From Patescibacteria group bacterium (GTDB lineage Bacteria; Patescibacteriota; Gracilibacteria; UBA1369; PNNO01): DNA of 64,000 bases. The position numbers and the translations under genes are program-made. This document shows positions 49,829 to 59,674 of the stretch, in pieces. Location of the stretch: assembly GCA_042568575.1 (NCBI GenBank), contig JBHPIO010000001.1, positions 64,001 through 128,000 of the forward strand. The letters are read 5' to 3'. The notes under the pieces were generated by a model. It did no database searches and was not told where the DNA came from. It saw only the letters and a program-made list of their open reading frames with translations. The stretch's first letter is position 1. Every line of letters begins with the position of its first letter.

Positions 49829-50610
49829 ATGTACTGAACGTAAGATTCGACAATGTAACTATCGAGGAAACTCTCGATTATATTTTCGATCATATTAACA
49901 GAGGAAAAAAGGGATATCTTTGTACACCTAATCCTGAAATGCTTCTTGAAGCAGAGAGAAATCACGACTTCAAGAAAGTCTTAAATCACTCATTATTAAA
50001 TATCCCAGATGGAATAGGGATTTTATGGGCAGCAACTCATATTGCACGTAAATCATCGAAACTTAAGGCATTCTTCACCCTTCCATTAATTGCATTTATG
50101 CCAAGTATGTTTAAAAAGATCCTTAGAGAACGAGTAACAGGATCAGATTTAATGAAGAAAATCGCAAGAGAGGCGGCGAGAGCAAACAAAAGCATCTTTC
50201 TACTCGGTGCTGCCGAAGGAATCGCAGAAGAAACAGCTGAGAAATTAAAAAAAACATATACCGGATTACAAATTGCAGGAACTTATGCCGGCTCCCCTAC
50301 CCCAGATGAAGAAGAATTCATAATCAATGGCATCAACGATGCATCTCCAGACATACTTTTTGTTGCGTATGGCGCGCCAAGACAGGAAATGTGGATATCC
50401 AGGAACCTCAAATACTTAAACAGCGTAAAAATAGCAATAGGGATCGGAGGCGCTTTCGACTTTATTGCCGGAAAAAGAAAACGAGCTCCAAAGTGGATGC
50501 AAAAACTAGGACTCGAATGGCTTTTCAGACTAATTCAAGAACCGTCACGCTGGAAACGCATCTACAACGCCACAATTAAATTCCCAACAAAAGTAATTAA
50601 AAAACTTTGA
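49813..50610 (+). CDS. WecB/TagA/CpsF glycosyltransferase
   Basis: Motifs TPNPE, PDGIG, RVTGSD, FLLG, PDILFVAYGAPRQE, GGAFDF, RAPKW..LGLEWLFRL.QEP.R. Confidence 0.9.
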   Translation: MQKKIDVLNVRFDNVTIEETLDYIFDHINRGKKGYLCTPNPEMLLEAERNHDFKKVLNHSLLNIPDGIGILWAATHIARKSSKLKAFFTLPLIAFMPSMFKKILRERVTGSDLMKKIAREAARANKSIFLLGAAEGIAEETAEKLKKTYTGLQIAGTYAGSPTPDEEEFIINGINDASPDILFVAYGAPRQEMWISRNLKYLNSVKIAIGIGGAFDFIAGKRKRAPKWMQKLGLEWLFRLIQEPSRWKRIYNATIKFPTKVIKKL

Positions 50611-50919
50611 TTACTTCTTTTTGCGAGGTCGTCCCCTCTTCTTAACTTTTCTAGCTGCAGATTCTGCCATCTCTTCTCCTCGATGAGCAATAGACTCAAG
50701 AATAGGAGCTACTTTGTCCATAACAGAATTTGCCATAACAAGAGGTCTGTATACAAAATCATTCACTTTTTTCACAGTATCACGTACATAATGTGATGTT
50801 TTGCTCGCATCACGAAGAATGAAGATCAGATAAATAATCGCAATCGCCAAAAGGATCCCCACAAGAAGAATAACCGCTGCCAGTACAATGTAGAGAATGT
50901 CGAGAGAAGAATTAAACAT
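50611..50919 (-). CDS. Small membrane protein (single TM + coiled coil, DUF948-like)
   Basis: DILYIVLA...hydrophobic helix, helical tail, basic C-terminus. Confidence 0.55.
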   Translation of the reverse strand: MFNSSLDILYIVLAAVILLVGILLAIAIIYLIFILRDASKTSHYVRDTVKKVNDFVYRPLVMANSVMDKVAPILESIAHRGEEMAESAARKVKKRGRPRKKK

Positions 50920-51050
50920 ATTTTTTGGGTGAAATTTCGCTATTTATTTTAAAGACATGCGAGAAATAGTGCAATGAAAGGCTCAAAGTAATGTTGACAA
51001 AAAGCAGTTACATGAGTATTGTTTGCACTTGGAAATCTAAATTTAGTGCA

Positions 51051-51542
51051 ATGATGCTTCATAGAAAAATAGATAAAAGGCTCGTATTACCAAGGATCGA
51101 AGAAGATCCTCAGGATGGCAAAGCTGAACAACAAGAAAACCCACAATCAATAAGCCCTGAGATAAAAAGGGTTAAATTTGAAATCAAATCAAAACTAACT
51201 GCGCTTCAAGGAAAACTAAGATTGAGCAAACTTCTATTTCCATTGTTGGAAGAGCTGGATTTATCTGAGGTTGAACCAAACATAGCAGTAAGCATGTTAC
51301 ATAGAGCATGTAAACAAGTTGAAATTAGCGATGAAACTGATGAAGTTGTTGATAGCACAGATTTAATTGATGCAGAGCCCATATTGACAAGCAAACTTCC
51401 AAGACCTCACATAATTAAAAAAATGAAGTGTAGGCAAGAAATTGCAATTGTTCCAAAAGATGCAGATGTAGTATGCATTTATTATCCTTCAAACTTGAGA
51501 AAAACAAAAAAATGGGTGTGTGGAAATGTGATTACAATTTAA
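51051..51542 (+). CDS. Hypothetical protein
   Basis: ORF downstream of a TTGACA-17-TATTGT promoter (50994-51022). Start uncertain. Confidence 0.45.
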   Translation: MMLHRKIDKRLVLPRIEEDPQDGKAEQQENPQSISPEIKRVKFEIKSKLTALQGKLRLSKLLFPLLEELDLSEVEPNIAVSMLHRACKQVEISDETDEVVDSTDLIDAEPILTSKLPRPHIIKKMKCRQEIAIVPKDADVVCIYYPSNLRKTKKWVCGNVITI

Positions 51543-51553
51543 TCTCTCACTGT

Positions 51554-52045
51554 ATGGGTAGGGAAAAAAAATCAGCGCTCCAAACTTTCTATGAAGATCC
51601 AGCAAAATTAGCAGAGGAAGCTAAATCAGTTTTGGGAGAATCACCTGAAGCTGAAAGATACTTCGAACAAGCAATTGGTCAACTTATACACTTAACTCAA
51701 AAAAAAGCCGAAAGTATTAAAATCCATAATCAATTAGTTGAAGCTCTAACTGAATTAGCAAGAACAGCAAAAACATTAGAAGAACTAGGTACATGCGTTG
51801 AAGCTTTCTGTGCATTAAACGGAATGGTTGAATACGAACCAACGTTTGAAATAAGCCCAGAATTAGCAAAAATGTCTCAAGAACTTGAACAACCTCTTTC
51901 TGTAAACCAAGTAACAGTGTCCTCTCCTCCAGATCTTCAATTAGAAGTTGATGGGCATGAATGCGCTTTCTCAATTAATTACCTTTATTTTACTGTATGT
52001 ATAAATGGTCAACCTTGGGCCCATTACTACAGAGGTTCAATCTAG
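51554..52045 (+). CDS. Hypothetical protein
   Basis: ATG 11 bp after the upstream stop; helical acidic sequence. Confidence 0.5.
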   Translation: MGREKKSALQTFYEDPAKLAEEAKSVLGESPEAERYFEQAIGQLIHLTQKKAESIKIHNQLVEALTELARTAKTLEELGTCVEAFCALNGMVEYEPTFEISPELAKMSQELEQPLSVNQVTVSSPPDLQLEVDGHECAFSINYLYFTVCINGQPWAHYYRGSI

Positions 52046-53475
52046 GATATCAATTTCTTCAAAATATCGTTCACAACCTGAGGATTTGCCTGGCCTTTCA
52101 TTTCTTTCATAACCTGGCCGACTAAGAAGCCAAAGACTCTGTCTTTTCCGCTTTTAAAGTCTTCGATAACTTTTGGATTTGCTTCGATAACTTTTTTGCA
52201 AGCTTCTTCAATTGCGCCCGTATCACTTACAACTTTCAATCCCTTTTCTTCAACAATTTTGGAAGGACTATCCCCTGTTTCGTACATCACATTAAATACT
52301 TCAGCTTTTGCCTGATTCATAGAAATATCTCCGGACTCAACAAGCTGAATTAGTTCGCCCATCATTTCCGCGGTTACTTTGGATTCGCTTAAACTAATCT
52401 GCTCTTCGTTTAAACGTTTCATCAAAATCGTATTGATAAAAGAAACTGCTTTCTTGGGCTCTTTTATCATAGAGGTTACTTTTTCAAAATATTGAGCAAT
52501 ATGTAGATCAGCAGTCAGAATGCGTATATCATCTGGAAGCAATTTATATTCTTTTGCATAGCGTGCTCTTTTTTGAGCCGGCAATTCTGGAACAAGCTTT
52601 CCAAGCTCTTTAAGATTTTCTTTTGTTGTAATTAGCGGTGGCAAGTCAGGTTCAGGAAAATATCTGTAATCATCCGAACCTTCTTTATCACGAAGGAAGT
52701 ATGTTTTTTGACTATCATCAGCCCACCCCATCGTTATATCTTTATTCAAAGGTTCATCGTTATTCCACAAAGTAATCTGACGCTCTATTTCATAATCAAT
52801 TGCAGATCCAAGTGATCTAAAAGAGTTTAAATTCTTAATTTCAGCACGATTGTTAAGTTTAGTTTCCCCTTTCGGACGAATCGACACACTCGCATCAAAA
52901 CGCATCATCCCCTTCTCCATATCCGCATCTGAAGCCTCACAAAATCGCAAAACATTCTGAATTTCGCGCGCATAGGCCATTGCTTCTTCTGAATTTCTAA
53001 TGTCAGGCTCAGAAACAATTTCCATCAATGGAGTTCCACAACGATTGTAGTCAACAAGCGAACCACCTGGAACGTGAGTTAGCTTCCCTGCATCGTCTTC
53101 CAAATGCAAACGCGTGATTCGAATTTTCTTTTTTTCGTCACCTACTTCAATTTCAATCTCGCCGTTTATTGCAAGCGGTTTATCGAATTGAGAAATCTGA
53201 AATCCCTTTGGAAGATCCGGGTAGAAATAATTTTTACGATCGAACTTGCAGTACTCGGGAATTTCACAATTAAGTGCAAGAGAAGCAACAGTCCCCTTTT
53301 GCACTGCTGTTTCGTTAATGACTGGAAGCTGCCCCGGGAAGCCCATGCAAACTTCACAAACATTGCTATTTGGATCTTTATCAAAAGAATCATTATCGCA
53401 TCGACAAAACATTTTCGTTTTTGTTGAAATCTGCGCGTGTATTTCTATTCCGATAACTGCTTCAAAATCAGGCAT
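52042..53475 (-). CDS. gatB: Asp-tRNA(Asn)/Glu-tRNA(Gln) amidotransferase subunit B
   Basis: Motifs IGIEIHAQ..TKTKMFC, FDRKNYFYPDLPKGFQISQ, HLEDDAGK, EIKNLNSF, DYRYFPEPDLP, GQVMK..KG.ANP. Confidence 0.95.
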   Translation of the reverse strand: MPDFEAVIGIEIHAQISTKTKMFCRCDNDSFDKDPNSNVCEVCMGFPGQLPVINETAVQKGTVASLALNCEIPEYCKFDRKNYFYPDLPKGFQISQFDKPLAINGEIEIEVGDEKKKIRITRLHLEDDAGKLTHVPGGSLVDYNRCGTPLMEIVSEPDIRNSEEAMAYAREIQNVLRFCEASDADMEKGMMRFDASVSIRPKGETKLNNRAEIKNLNSFRSLGSAIDYEIERQITLWNNDEPLNKDITMGWADDSQKTYFLRDKEGSDDYRYFPEPDLPPLITTKENLKELGKLVPELPAQKRARYAKEYKLLPDDIRILTADLHIAQYFEKVTSMIKEPKKAVSFINTILMKRLNEEQISLSESKVTAEMMGELIQLVESGDISMNQAKAEVFNVMYETGDSPSKIVEEKGLKVVSDTGAIEEACKKVIEANPKVIEDFKSGKDRVFGFLVGQVMKEMKGQANPQVVNDILKKLIS

Positions 53476-53538
53476 TATAAATAATTAACACTCTGAGATG
53501 TATTGTACTAAAAAAGAATCACATTTGAAATACCTAGC

Positions 53539-53844
53539 TTATGATATTTCAACTTCTTCTAAAATCGTTAAAGCCCGTTCAAGATCATCACCTTTTCTAT
53601 CAAACGATCTAAATAATGACCTGGCCCAAAAAATAATTCCTGTAACATCTGCTCGCGATATAACTTCTGGAGTCCTAGTAATTGGCTGTTCCAACGATTG
53701 CAAACGACACATGTGATGTAAATCTCCTGATGTCCTTATTTTTTCAGTTAAACCGTATGCTTCTTTAAGAATTGTTTGTGCTGCTAATCCAACTTCATCC
53801 CTCCCCTTAGGTGGATCTAGAGTTTTGTCTTCACTTAATGCCAT
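53539..53844 (-). CDS. Hypothetical protein
   Basis: ATG-started ORF filling the gap between coaE and gatB. Confidence 0.45.
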   Translation of the reverse strand: MALSEDKTLDPPKGRDEVGLAAQTILKEAYGLTEKIRTSGDLHHMCRLQSLEQPITRTPEVISRADVTGIIFWARSLFRSFDRKGDDLERALTILEEVEIS

Positions 53845-53910
53845 AATTATTTATTATCAAATACAGTCAATATTTAATAAATATTTAATGTTCTGTCAAG
53901 TGAAAGCTAG

Positions 53911-54483
53911 CTAAATTCTCTCAACAACTTTTTCGATCTGTTTCTTCAAATCTTTCAAACTCCCATTATTTTCAATCACAAAATCAATCTTGAAAGGCTT
54001 TTTCTGATATGAAATCAACTTATCGTAATCCTCTCGGCTTAGCTTTCTTTTCTCAATTACTCGCTTATAAGCGGTATCATGATCTGCCTCAACCCAAACT
54101 GTATGAGTTAATTTGGCGCCAATTCTTTTCTCATCAAAACGAATCGCCTCAATTGCTATCTTGTCAGACTTATTTGCCTGAATTTCCTTACTCATTTCAT
54201 TAAAAACAATCGGATGAATAATTTTTTCCAGAATCCTAAGCTTTGCTGGATTGCAAAAAACAGTTTTTGCCAACTTCTTCCTGTTAACCTTGCCATTTTT
54301 CAAAATATATTCCGGTCCAAAAAAATCATTGATCTTTCGCCACCCATCATTCTCAGGCTCATAAAGTTTATGAACAATCTCGTCCGCATCAATAATATAA
54401 AACCCATGCTCCTTAAAATACTTTAAAGCAGTGCTTTTCCCAGATCCAAGATACCCTGTAATTCCAACAATTACTTTATTCAT
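53911..54483 (-). CDS. coaE: Dephospho-CoA kinase
   Basis: Motifs GITGYLGSGKST, IDAD.IVH, NRKKLA..VF, LEKIIHP, DFVIENNG. Confidence 0.9.
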   Translation of the reverse strand: MNKVIVGITGYLGSGKSTALKYFKEHGFYIIDADEIVHKLYEPENDGWRKINDFFGPEYILKNGKVNRKKLAKTVFCNPAKLRILEKIIHPIVFNEMSKEIQANKSDKIAIEAIRFDEKRIGAKLTHTVWVEADHDTAYKRVIEKRKLSREDYDKLISYQKKPFKIDFVIENNGSLKDLKKQIEKVVERI

Positions 54484-54890
54484 AATTTTGCGCCTAAATC
54501 CTTATATGCACTTTTAAATTGAGATAGTGTCACTTTAACCTCCCTTGAAGATAATGAAACTCCTATCTCGTGCGCAATTCTGTTCCTCGTTTTATGAGCC
54601 GTCCAAACATCATTTAAATTTCCAAATAAACTTCCACCTTTTTTGAGCATTTCCCCAAGTGTTCCATCGTACCCTTTTGCTTCAAGTAAATAAGCCAAAA
54701 GTTTGTCTGCATCTAAAATCGATTGAACAGGATTGTGCTGGCTTTCAGAAACTATTTTCGTCCACTGTTTATTTAAGAACCTTTGCTGCTGCGCTGTTAA
54801 CTTCCTTGAACCTCCCTTTATCAAAACCAAAACCGCCACAACAATGGCAAGCCCAATAAAAACCAGCAAAACAATCGAAAAAATCTCCAT
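54480..54890 (-). CDS. Membrane-anchored protein with HEPN/DUF4145-like helical domain
   Basis: N-terminal TM helix; ILDADKLL, G.TLGE.LK, W.AHK.RNRIAHE (Rx4H). Confidence 0.55.
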   Translation of the reverse strand: MEIFSIVLLVFIGLAIVVAVLVLIKGGSRKLTAQQQRFLNKQWTKIVSESQHNPVQSILDADKLLAYLLEAKGYDGTLGEMLKKGGSLFGNLNDVWTAHKTRNRIAHEIGVSLSSREVKVTLSQFKSAYKDLGAKL

Positions 54891-54893
54891 AAG

Positions 54894-55514
54894 TTATTTC
54901 TTTTTTACAGAATCTATTGGTGTCTCATCAACTTTATCAGGAAGCCCATTTCTTTTCACATGATCAACGACTAAATCCGAAAGAAGCTGCTTTAAAACCT
55001 CCTGATCTTGGAAGTTTTTTGAAGTCATATATTTTTCCTGATACTTCAATACATATTTCTCACATTTTTTTGGATTCATCGCCTCCTTAAGAGTTATTGT
55101 TGAAGGTCCACCAAACTTCGCAAGACTCATGTCTCCATAATTCATCATCGTCTGCCAGAAGCCTTTTAAACTGTACGAAACACCCTCAATCGAAGGATAT
55201 TCAATTCTGCTGCTGCTTCTATCAAAAAAGCCAAGCCATTCAACACCAATAATCCCCATGTTTGTAAGAAGCCAAACATCATAATACCAATCTTGAACAA
55301 CAAAAAACGCTCTTGCAAGGCCAATAAAAGCCCATCCTCCATAAATAAGCAAAAGTTGTGGGAACATTATCCAAAATAGAAAAGGAACAAAAGCATGAAA
55401 AAAGACAATCCTCAGAATATCTCGAAGCATAATTATCGGATGCCTTCTAGCAACAAAAAGAATGTGCTCGTCATCCTCAAGATAATCTTTAAATAAATAC
55501 TCAGTTATTTTCAT
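54894..55514 (-). CDS. Membrane protein with bacterial PH (bPH_2-like) domain
   Basis: Pattern LE.DE.I.FVARRH, two TM helices, WYYDVWLLTN..II, GFF.R, I.GV...KGFW.T..NYG. Confidence 0.7.
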   Translation of the reverse strand: MKITEYLFKDYLEDDEHILFVARRHPIIMLRDILRIVFFHAFVPFLFWIMFPQLLLIYGGWAFIGLARAFFVVQDWYYDVWLLTNMGIIGVEWLGFFDRSSSRIEYPSIEGVSYSLKGFWQTMMNYGDMSLAKFGGPSTITLKEAMNPKKCEKYVLKYQEKYMTSKNFQDQEVLKQLLSDLVVDHVKRNGLPDKVDETPIDSVKKK

Positions 55515-55604
55515 ACAAAATGGAATTATTCCGACAACATATTACCCTGATTTGAAAAATATGAAAAGAGCGAGTAAAATCAAATAAATGTTTAAATTTA
55601 TCTC

Positions 55605-56507
55605 ATGAAAGTTATTTTTTGCGGAACTCCCGATTTTGCAGTTCCATTTCTTATTAGTCTCATATATGACAAAGATATCGAAGTGGAAGCTGTCGTGACT
55701 CAGCCAGATAAGCCTGTTGGCCGCAAGCAAATTCTCACGCCTCCAGCAGTAAAAGAGATCGCAATTGAAAATAATCTACCTGTATTGCAGCCAGATTCAA
55801 TTAATGATGACTTTCTTGAGTTAATTAGAAATATAGAACCAGATTTTATTGTTGTTATTGCTTACGGAGTAATTCTTCCTCAGGAAATGATCGACATTCC
55901 AAAGCGTGACTGCATTAATGTTCACGCATCACTCCTTCCAAAATATCGCGGTGCTTCACCAATTCAAACTTCACTTCTAAACGGAGACAAGGAGACCGGG
56001 CTAACTATTATGCAAATTGATAAAGAACTGGATAAAGGCGGTATTTATATGCTTAGAAAAGTTGCAATCGATTCAACAGACACAACTGAAATCCTTTCTA
56101 AAAGACTTTCAGAAATCGGTGCAATTATTCTTCCATCTGCCCTTAAGGATATTGAGGAGGAAGTTCTCTCCCCTCTCAAGCAAGATGAAAATGATGCAAG
56201 TTATTGTAAAAAGATTTCAAAAAAAGACGCTCAAATTGATCCAGAAAAAGATGATGCAGAAAAAATTCTCAATAAACTTAGAGCCTTTACACCTTGGCCC
56301 GGCATTTACATGGATTTCCAGGAAAAACGATTAAAGGTTTTACATGCTAAAGCAAGCGAAGAGAAAGCTAACCCTGGGGAGCTTAAAGGTATTGATGGCA
56401 GCTTAATTCTTGGCACAAAAAAAGACTCAATAGAGCTTTTTAAAGTTCAAATGGAAGGGAAAAATCCTGTTTCCGCAAAGGAATTCATTAATGGCTTTTT
56501 GAAGTAA
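55605..56507 (+). CDS. fmt: Methionyl-tRNA formyltransferase
   Basis: Motifs FCGTPDFA, VVTQPDKPVGR, INVHASLLPKYRGASPIQ, LDKG, RAFTPWPG. Confidence 0.95.
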   Translation: MKVIFCGTPDFAVPFLISLIYDKDIEVEAVVTQPDKPVGRKQILTPPAVKEIAIENNLPVLQPDSINDDFLELIRNIEPDFIVVIAYGVILPQEMIDIPKRDCINVHASLLPKYRGASPIQTSLLNGDKETGLTIMQIDKELDKGGIYMLRKVAIDSTDTTEILSKRLSEIGAIILPSALKDIEEEVLSPLKQDENDASYCKKISKKDAQIDPEKDDAEKILNKLRAFTPWPGIYMDFQEKRLKVLHAKASEEKANPGELKGIDGSLILGTKKDSIELFKVQMEGKNPVSAKEFINGFLK

Positions 56508-57807
56508 TAGCGTAGCTTCCAAACACAGCAAACATAAGGAAAAGTAAAGCTTGTCCGTGATATAAAGAGATAAGGTAGTGATCGAAAAGTCCAATTATAC
56601 AAAGTGCGGTGAGCAACGAAATCAAAATGGCTCCAAGGTTTCTTTTATGCTTGTCTGCTTTTTTCATTGCAAGGAAAATTAAAACAGCAAAGCTCACAAG
56701 AAGTAGCACAAATACTATAAATCCAAACACTCCCATTTCGTTTGTAATGAGCATGTAAATATTATGCACCGGCTGAAAATCCCATGGTGCAAGCTTGGCC
56801 GAAGTAAAATCAGACATAAGTAATGTAAAATTACCAAGGCCAATCCCAAACGGAATTGCATACATCATCTGCTTACTTATATTGAAATAAAAGACACGGT
56901 CGGTAAGGCTACTATCGTCCATCAAGAATAGACGCGTAAGAATACTTTGCTCAAGATTAAAAAGTACAACAAAGAAAATCAAAATACTTAAAGAAAACAG
57001 AATGTATTTAATAGAAATCCTGCTATTTTTTAAAGATATATAAACAAGGAAAGCCACAAGGATTGCAAGAAATGCTCCCCTTGAAAAAGCCAATACAAGA
57101 GCCGCTGACATAAGAATTAATAGCGGATAAGCAATATACTCCTTCTGACGTATTCGATGGTAAGCAAAGAGAATTCCGGCTAGTAGATATCCAGCAAGAA
57201 TATTTGGATGTGGAAGTGTCCCGTAAGGCCGCATCAGCGTGTTCTCCTCAAGTTGAATCTTTGCAACTCCAGGGATGTCCGCGGAAATCTGTGGTTCTCC
57301 AAAAATCGCAAAACCAACTGAGCCCTGATAAAGGTACTGAATGACAGCAAGTAAAGCCTGCAGACTAACCGAAGCAATGAAAACATTAATAATTGTATTG
57401 ATCTTTACTGTTTTATTAACAACAAAGAAATACATGAGAATCAATTCAACAAATCGAATGACATACGCAAACGAAAGCCATTGATCTTCCGCAAATAAAA
57501 CTGAAACCTCAGCAATAATCAAAAACAAGACTAGCAAAATCGCGATTGCACTTTTACCATAAGTAATCTTCTCCTTAAATTCATTTTTAAATATTGCAAT
57601 CCCCCAGCAAATAAACGCTGCCAAAAATAAGAAATCCGTGAGATATAGAAAGAACGATGTTATCTGATTAAAATTCCCACTCTCAAAAATTGGTGTTGCG
57701 TAAACAATCACATTGATTTGGAGAGGCAGCAGAAAAACAAATGCGTAAAAACAAAAACGACAAACCTTCATCCATGTTAGTTGTTTACGAAGCTTGTTCA
57801 GTTTCAT
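56488..57807 (-). CDS. O-antigen ligase / Wzy_C family membrane protein (start may be 57771)
   Basis: Many TM helices; RPYGTLPHPNILAG, FSRGA, GIGLGNF, QPVHNIY...E.G..G. Confidence 0.8.
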   Translation of the reverse strand: MKLNKLRKQLTWMKVCRFCFYAFVFLLPLQINVIVYATPIFESGNFNQITSFFLYLTDFLFLAAFICWGIAIFKNEFKEKITYGKSAIAILLVLFLIIAEVSVLFAEDQWLSFAYVIRFVELILMYFFVVNKTVKINTIINVFIASVSLQALLAVIQYLYQGSVGFAIFGEPQISADIPGVAKIQLEENTLMRPYGTLPHPNILAGYLLAGILFAYHRIRQKEYIAYPLLILMSAALVLAFSRGAFLAILVAFLVYISLKNSRISIKYILFSLSILIFFVVLFNLEQSILTRLFLMDDSSLTDRVFYFNISKQMMYAIPFGIGLGNFTLLMSDFTSAKLAPWDFQPVHNIYMLITNEMGVFGFIVFVLLLVSFAVLIFLAMKKADKHKRNLGAILISLLTALCIIGLFDHYLISLYHGQALLFLMFAVFGSYAITSKSH

Positions 57808-59251
57808 CCTCAGTTACAGTTACTTGCGGGAGCAATCCTCCGCTAGGTAGGATAGCATTTATTTCGTCCTGTGCAATCTTCATTGCATCATCAGGACTTT
57901 TTGTCGCAAGAACTGCGTTAATCGCCTTCATCATACTTCCCTCGTATGTTTCTTCGTCATATATCAGAAAACTTTCAGCAAAACCAATCTGTTCTGCAAA
58001 CACACCATAAATCGGATCGTTTTTCTGTTCTTCAATCATGTCACGACGACTTGTTGGCTTGTGAGTTTTTTCATTGTAATGCTGCAGTGATTCCTGTGAA
58101 GTAACAAATATTAGGAAATCCCATGCCCATCGTGGATTTTCTGAAGTTCGAGCAACCGTTTCAGCAAAATAATGTGCATATGCATCACGCTTTTCGGTCG
58201 AAACAGATGGATCGACAACTTGAGGAATAACTGAAACTCTAATGCTTGCCGGGTCAATTGTAGAAAGACCCTTTGATTTAAGCTCATTAATTTCATCAAC
58301 TATTTGATCGTACATATAAGAATAACCAATCACCATTGATACTTTACCTCGAGCAAATGTAGTAATTTCTTTTTCGTCAGAATTTCCATCAGAAAGATAT
58401 GCATTCCATGAATAGTTTTTATTTGAAGGGTTTGCAAAACTTGTATAAAGCTCTAGTGCATTTGGGCCAGGTTTTAAAGTACTTCCATCACTTCCGACAC
58501 CCTGTTGATTCGCAAAAATAGATTGAGTGAAACTATCATCATAAAAGTCTCCGTTTTGTTGAACCATTAATAAATATAGGATATCAACAGCACGAGAAAT
58601 ATTGTCCGCAAATCCCATTGCCATTCCAGAAACTTCAAATCTTTCAAAACTATTATCTTTTTTAGTTAGTTTAAACACGTCTTCTTTAATTCCATCCCAA
58701 GTGGTCGCTGGCTTCCCTCTCTCAGGCACAGCGTCGTCAAAATGATCCTTATTGTAATATAAAGCTAGGGTATCAACTGTCATTGGAAGCGCATAAGGAG
58801 TTAAAACTCCTGTTTGTGGATCCGTTCTCACCAAATCATCGTATGCAACTCCAACAAAAGTGTCCTCAAATATCTTTGCAGGTACTAAATCTGGTGGCGC
58901 TGGTGTGACTTTCTTGTGATTCTTTACAAACCAAGTGTTTGGAACAGAGAAAATGTCTGGTCCTTCACCTTCTGCAAGCTCATTTAGTATTAAATCGTAA
59001 TATTCTTCTGTATCTGTAAATTGTCGATAATTTATCTTAACATTCGGATGCGTAGCAACATATTCCTGAATCAAAGGCTCAATTACCTCAGAATCATCAA
59101 AAAGCTTGTAATACGTAAGCTCAACTACATCAAAAGTTTGCTTTACAACAGGGCTTTTTGTGCGAAAACATCCCGCTCCAAATGCAATTAAAAAAAGAAA
59201 TGCGAGTCCTGCCGCTCCTGCACCAATTATAAGAACAAGTCTTCGATTCAT
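57785..59251 (-). CDS. Extracellular solute-binding protein (family 1, sugar-type)
   Basis: TM anchor/lipobox-like GAGC; GEGPDIF, YALP..VDTLALYYNKD, P.TW, FARGKV.M, AWDFL.F. Confidence 0.85.
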   Translation of the reverse strand: MNRRLVLIIGAGAAGLAFLFLIAFGAGCFRTKSPVVKQTFDVVELTYYKLFDDSEVIEPLIQEYVATHPNVKINYRQFTDTEEYYDLILNELAEGEGPDIFSVPNTWFVKNHKKVTPAPPDLVPAKIFEDTFVGVAYDDLVRTDPQTGVLTPYALPMTVDTLALYYNKDHFDDAVPERGKPATTWDGIKEDVFKLTKKDNSFERFEVSGMAMGFADNISRAVDILYLLMVQQNGDFYDDSFTQSIFANQQGVGSDGSTLKPGPNALELYTSFANPSNKNYSWNAYLSDGNSDEKEITTFARGKVSMVIGYSYMYDQIVDEINELKSKGLSTIDPASIRVSVIPQVVDPSVSTEKRDAYAHYFAETVARTSENPRWAWDFLIFVTSQESLQHYNEKTHKPTSRRDMIEEQKNDPIYGVFAEQIGFAESFLIYDEETYEGSMMKAINAVLATKSPDDAMKIAQDEINAILPSGGLLPQVTVTEDETEQAS

Positions 59252-59323
59252 ATGATTTTCTTAAATGTCAGTTTTTATTTATATACTTATATTATTATAC
59301 TACTTTTTCGCCTCCTAAACAAA

Positions 59324-59352
59324 TTGCCACGGGATTATTTTTGTAGTATAAT
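59324..59352 (+). promoter_or_regulatory. Promoter of the small acidic protein gene
   Basis: TTGCCA-17bp-TATAAT. Confidence 0.65.
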
Positions 59353-59374
59353 ATAGGGAAAACATAAATTAACC

Positions 59375-59674
59375 ATGTTCAAAATGGCTAATCCAGAAGG
59401 ATCATATTATGACGAGGATGAACTAGGTACTCCTGAAGCTCATAATCAAAGTGATTATGAGGCTCCAGAAAGCGCATTTATGCCTCAAATTAACGAAGCT
59501 CAAGAAGAAACGCATGCTAGTTATGCAAGACTTTGGGAACAATATTCGTCAGAACAAGGCATTTCTACGGATGAAGAGCCAGAAGCTGCTAATGATGAAG
59601 GAATGTCATTCGCTGAAGAAACTCCAGAAAACATTGGTGGAAGCGAAGGCGGAGGAATGGCCGCAGCTGCTTAA
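59375..59674 (+). CDS. Small acidic, probably disordered protein ending in AAAA
   Basis: E/D-rich; own promoter; contains AANDE and C-terminal MAAAA. Confidence 0.6.
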   Translation: MFKMANPEGSYYDEDELGTPEAHNQSDYEAPESAFMPQINEAQEETHASYARLWEQYSSEQGISTDEEPEAANDEGMSFAEETPENIGGSEGGGMAAAA

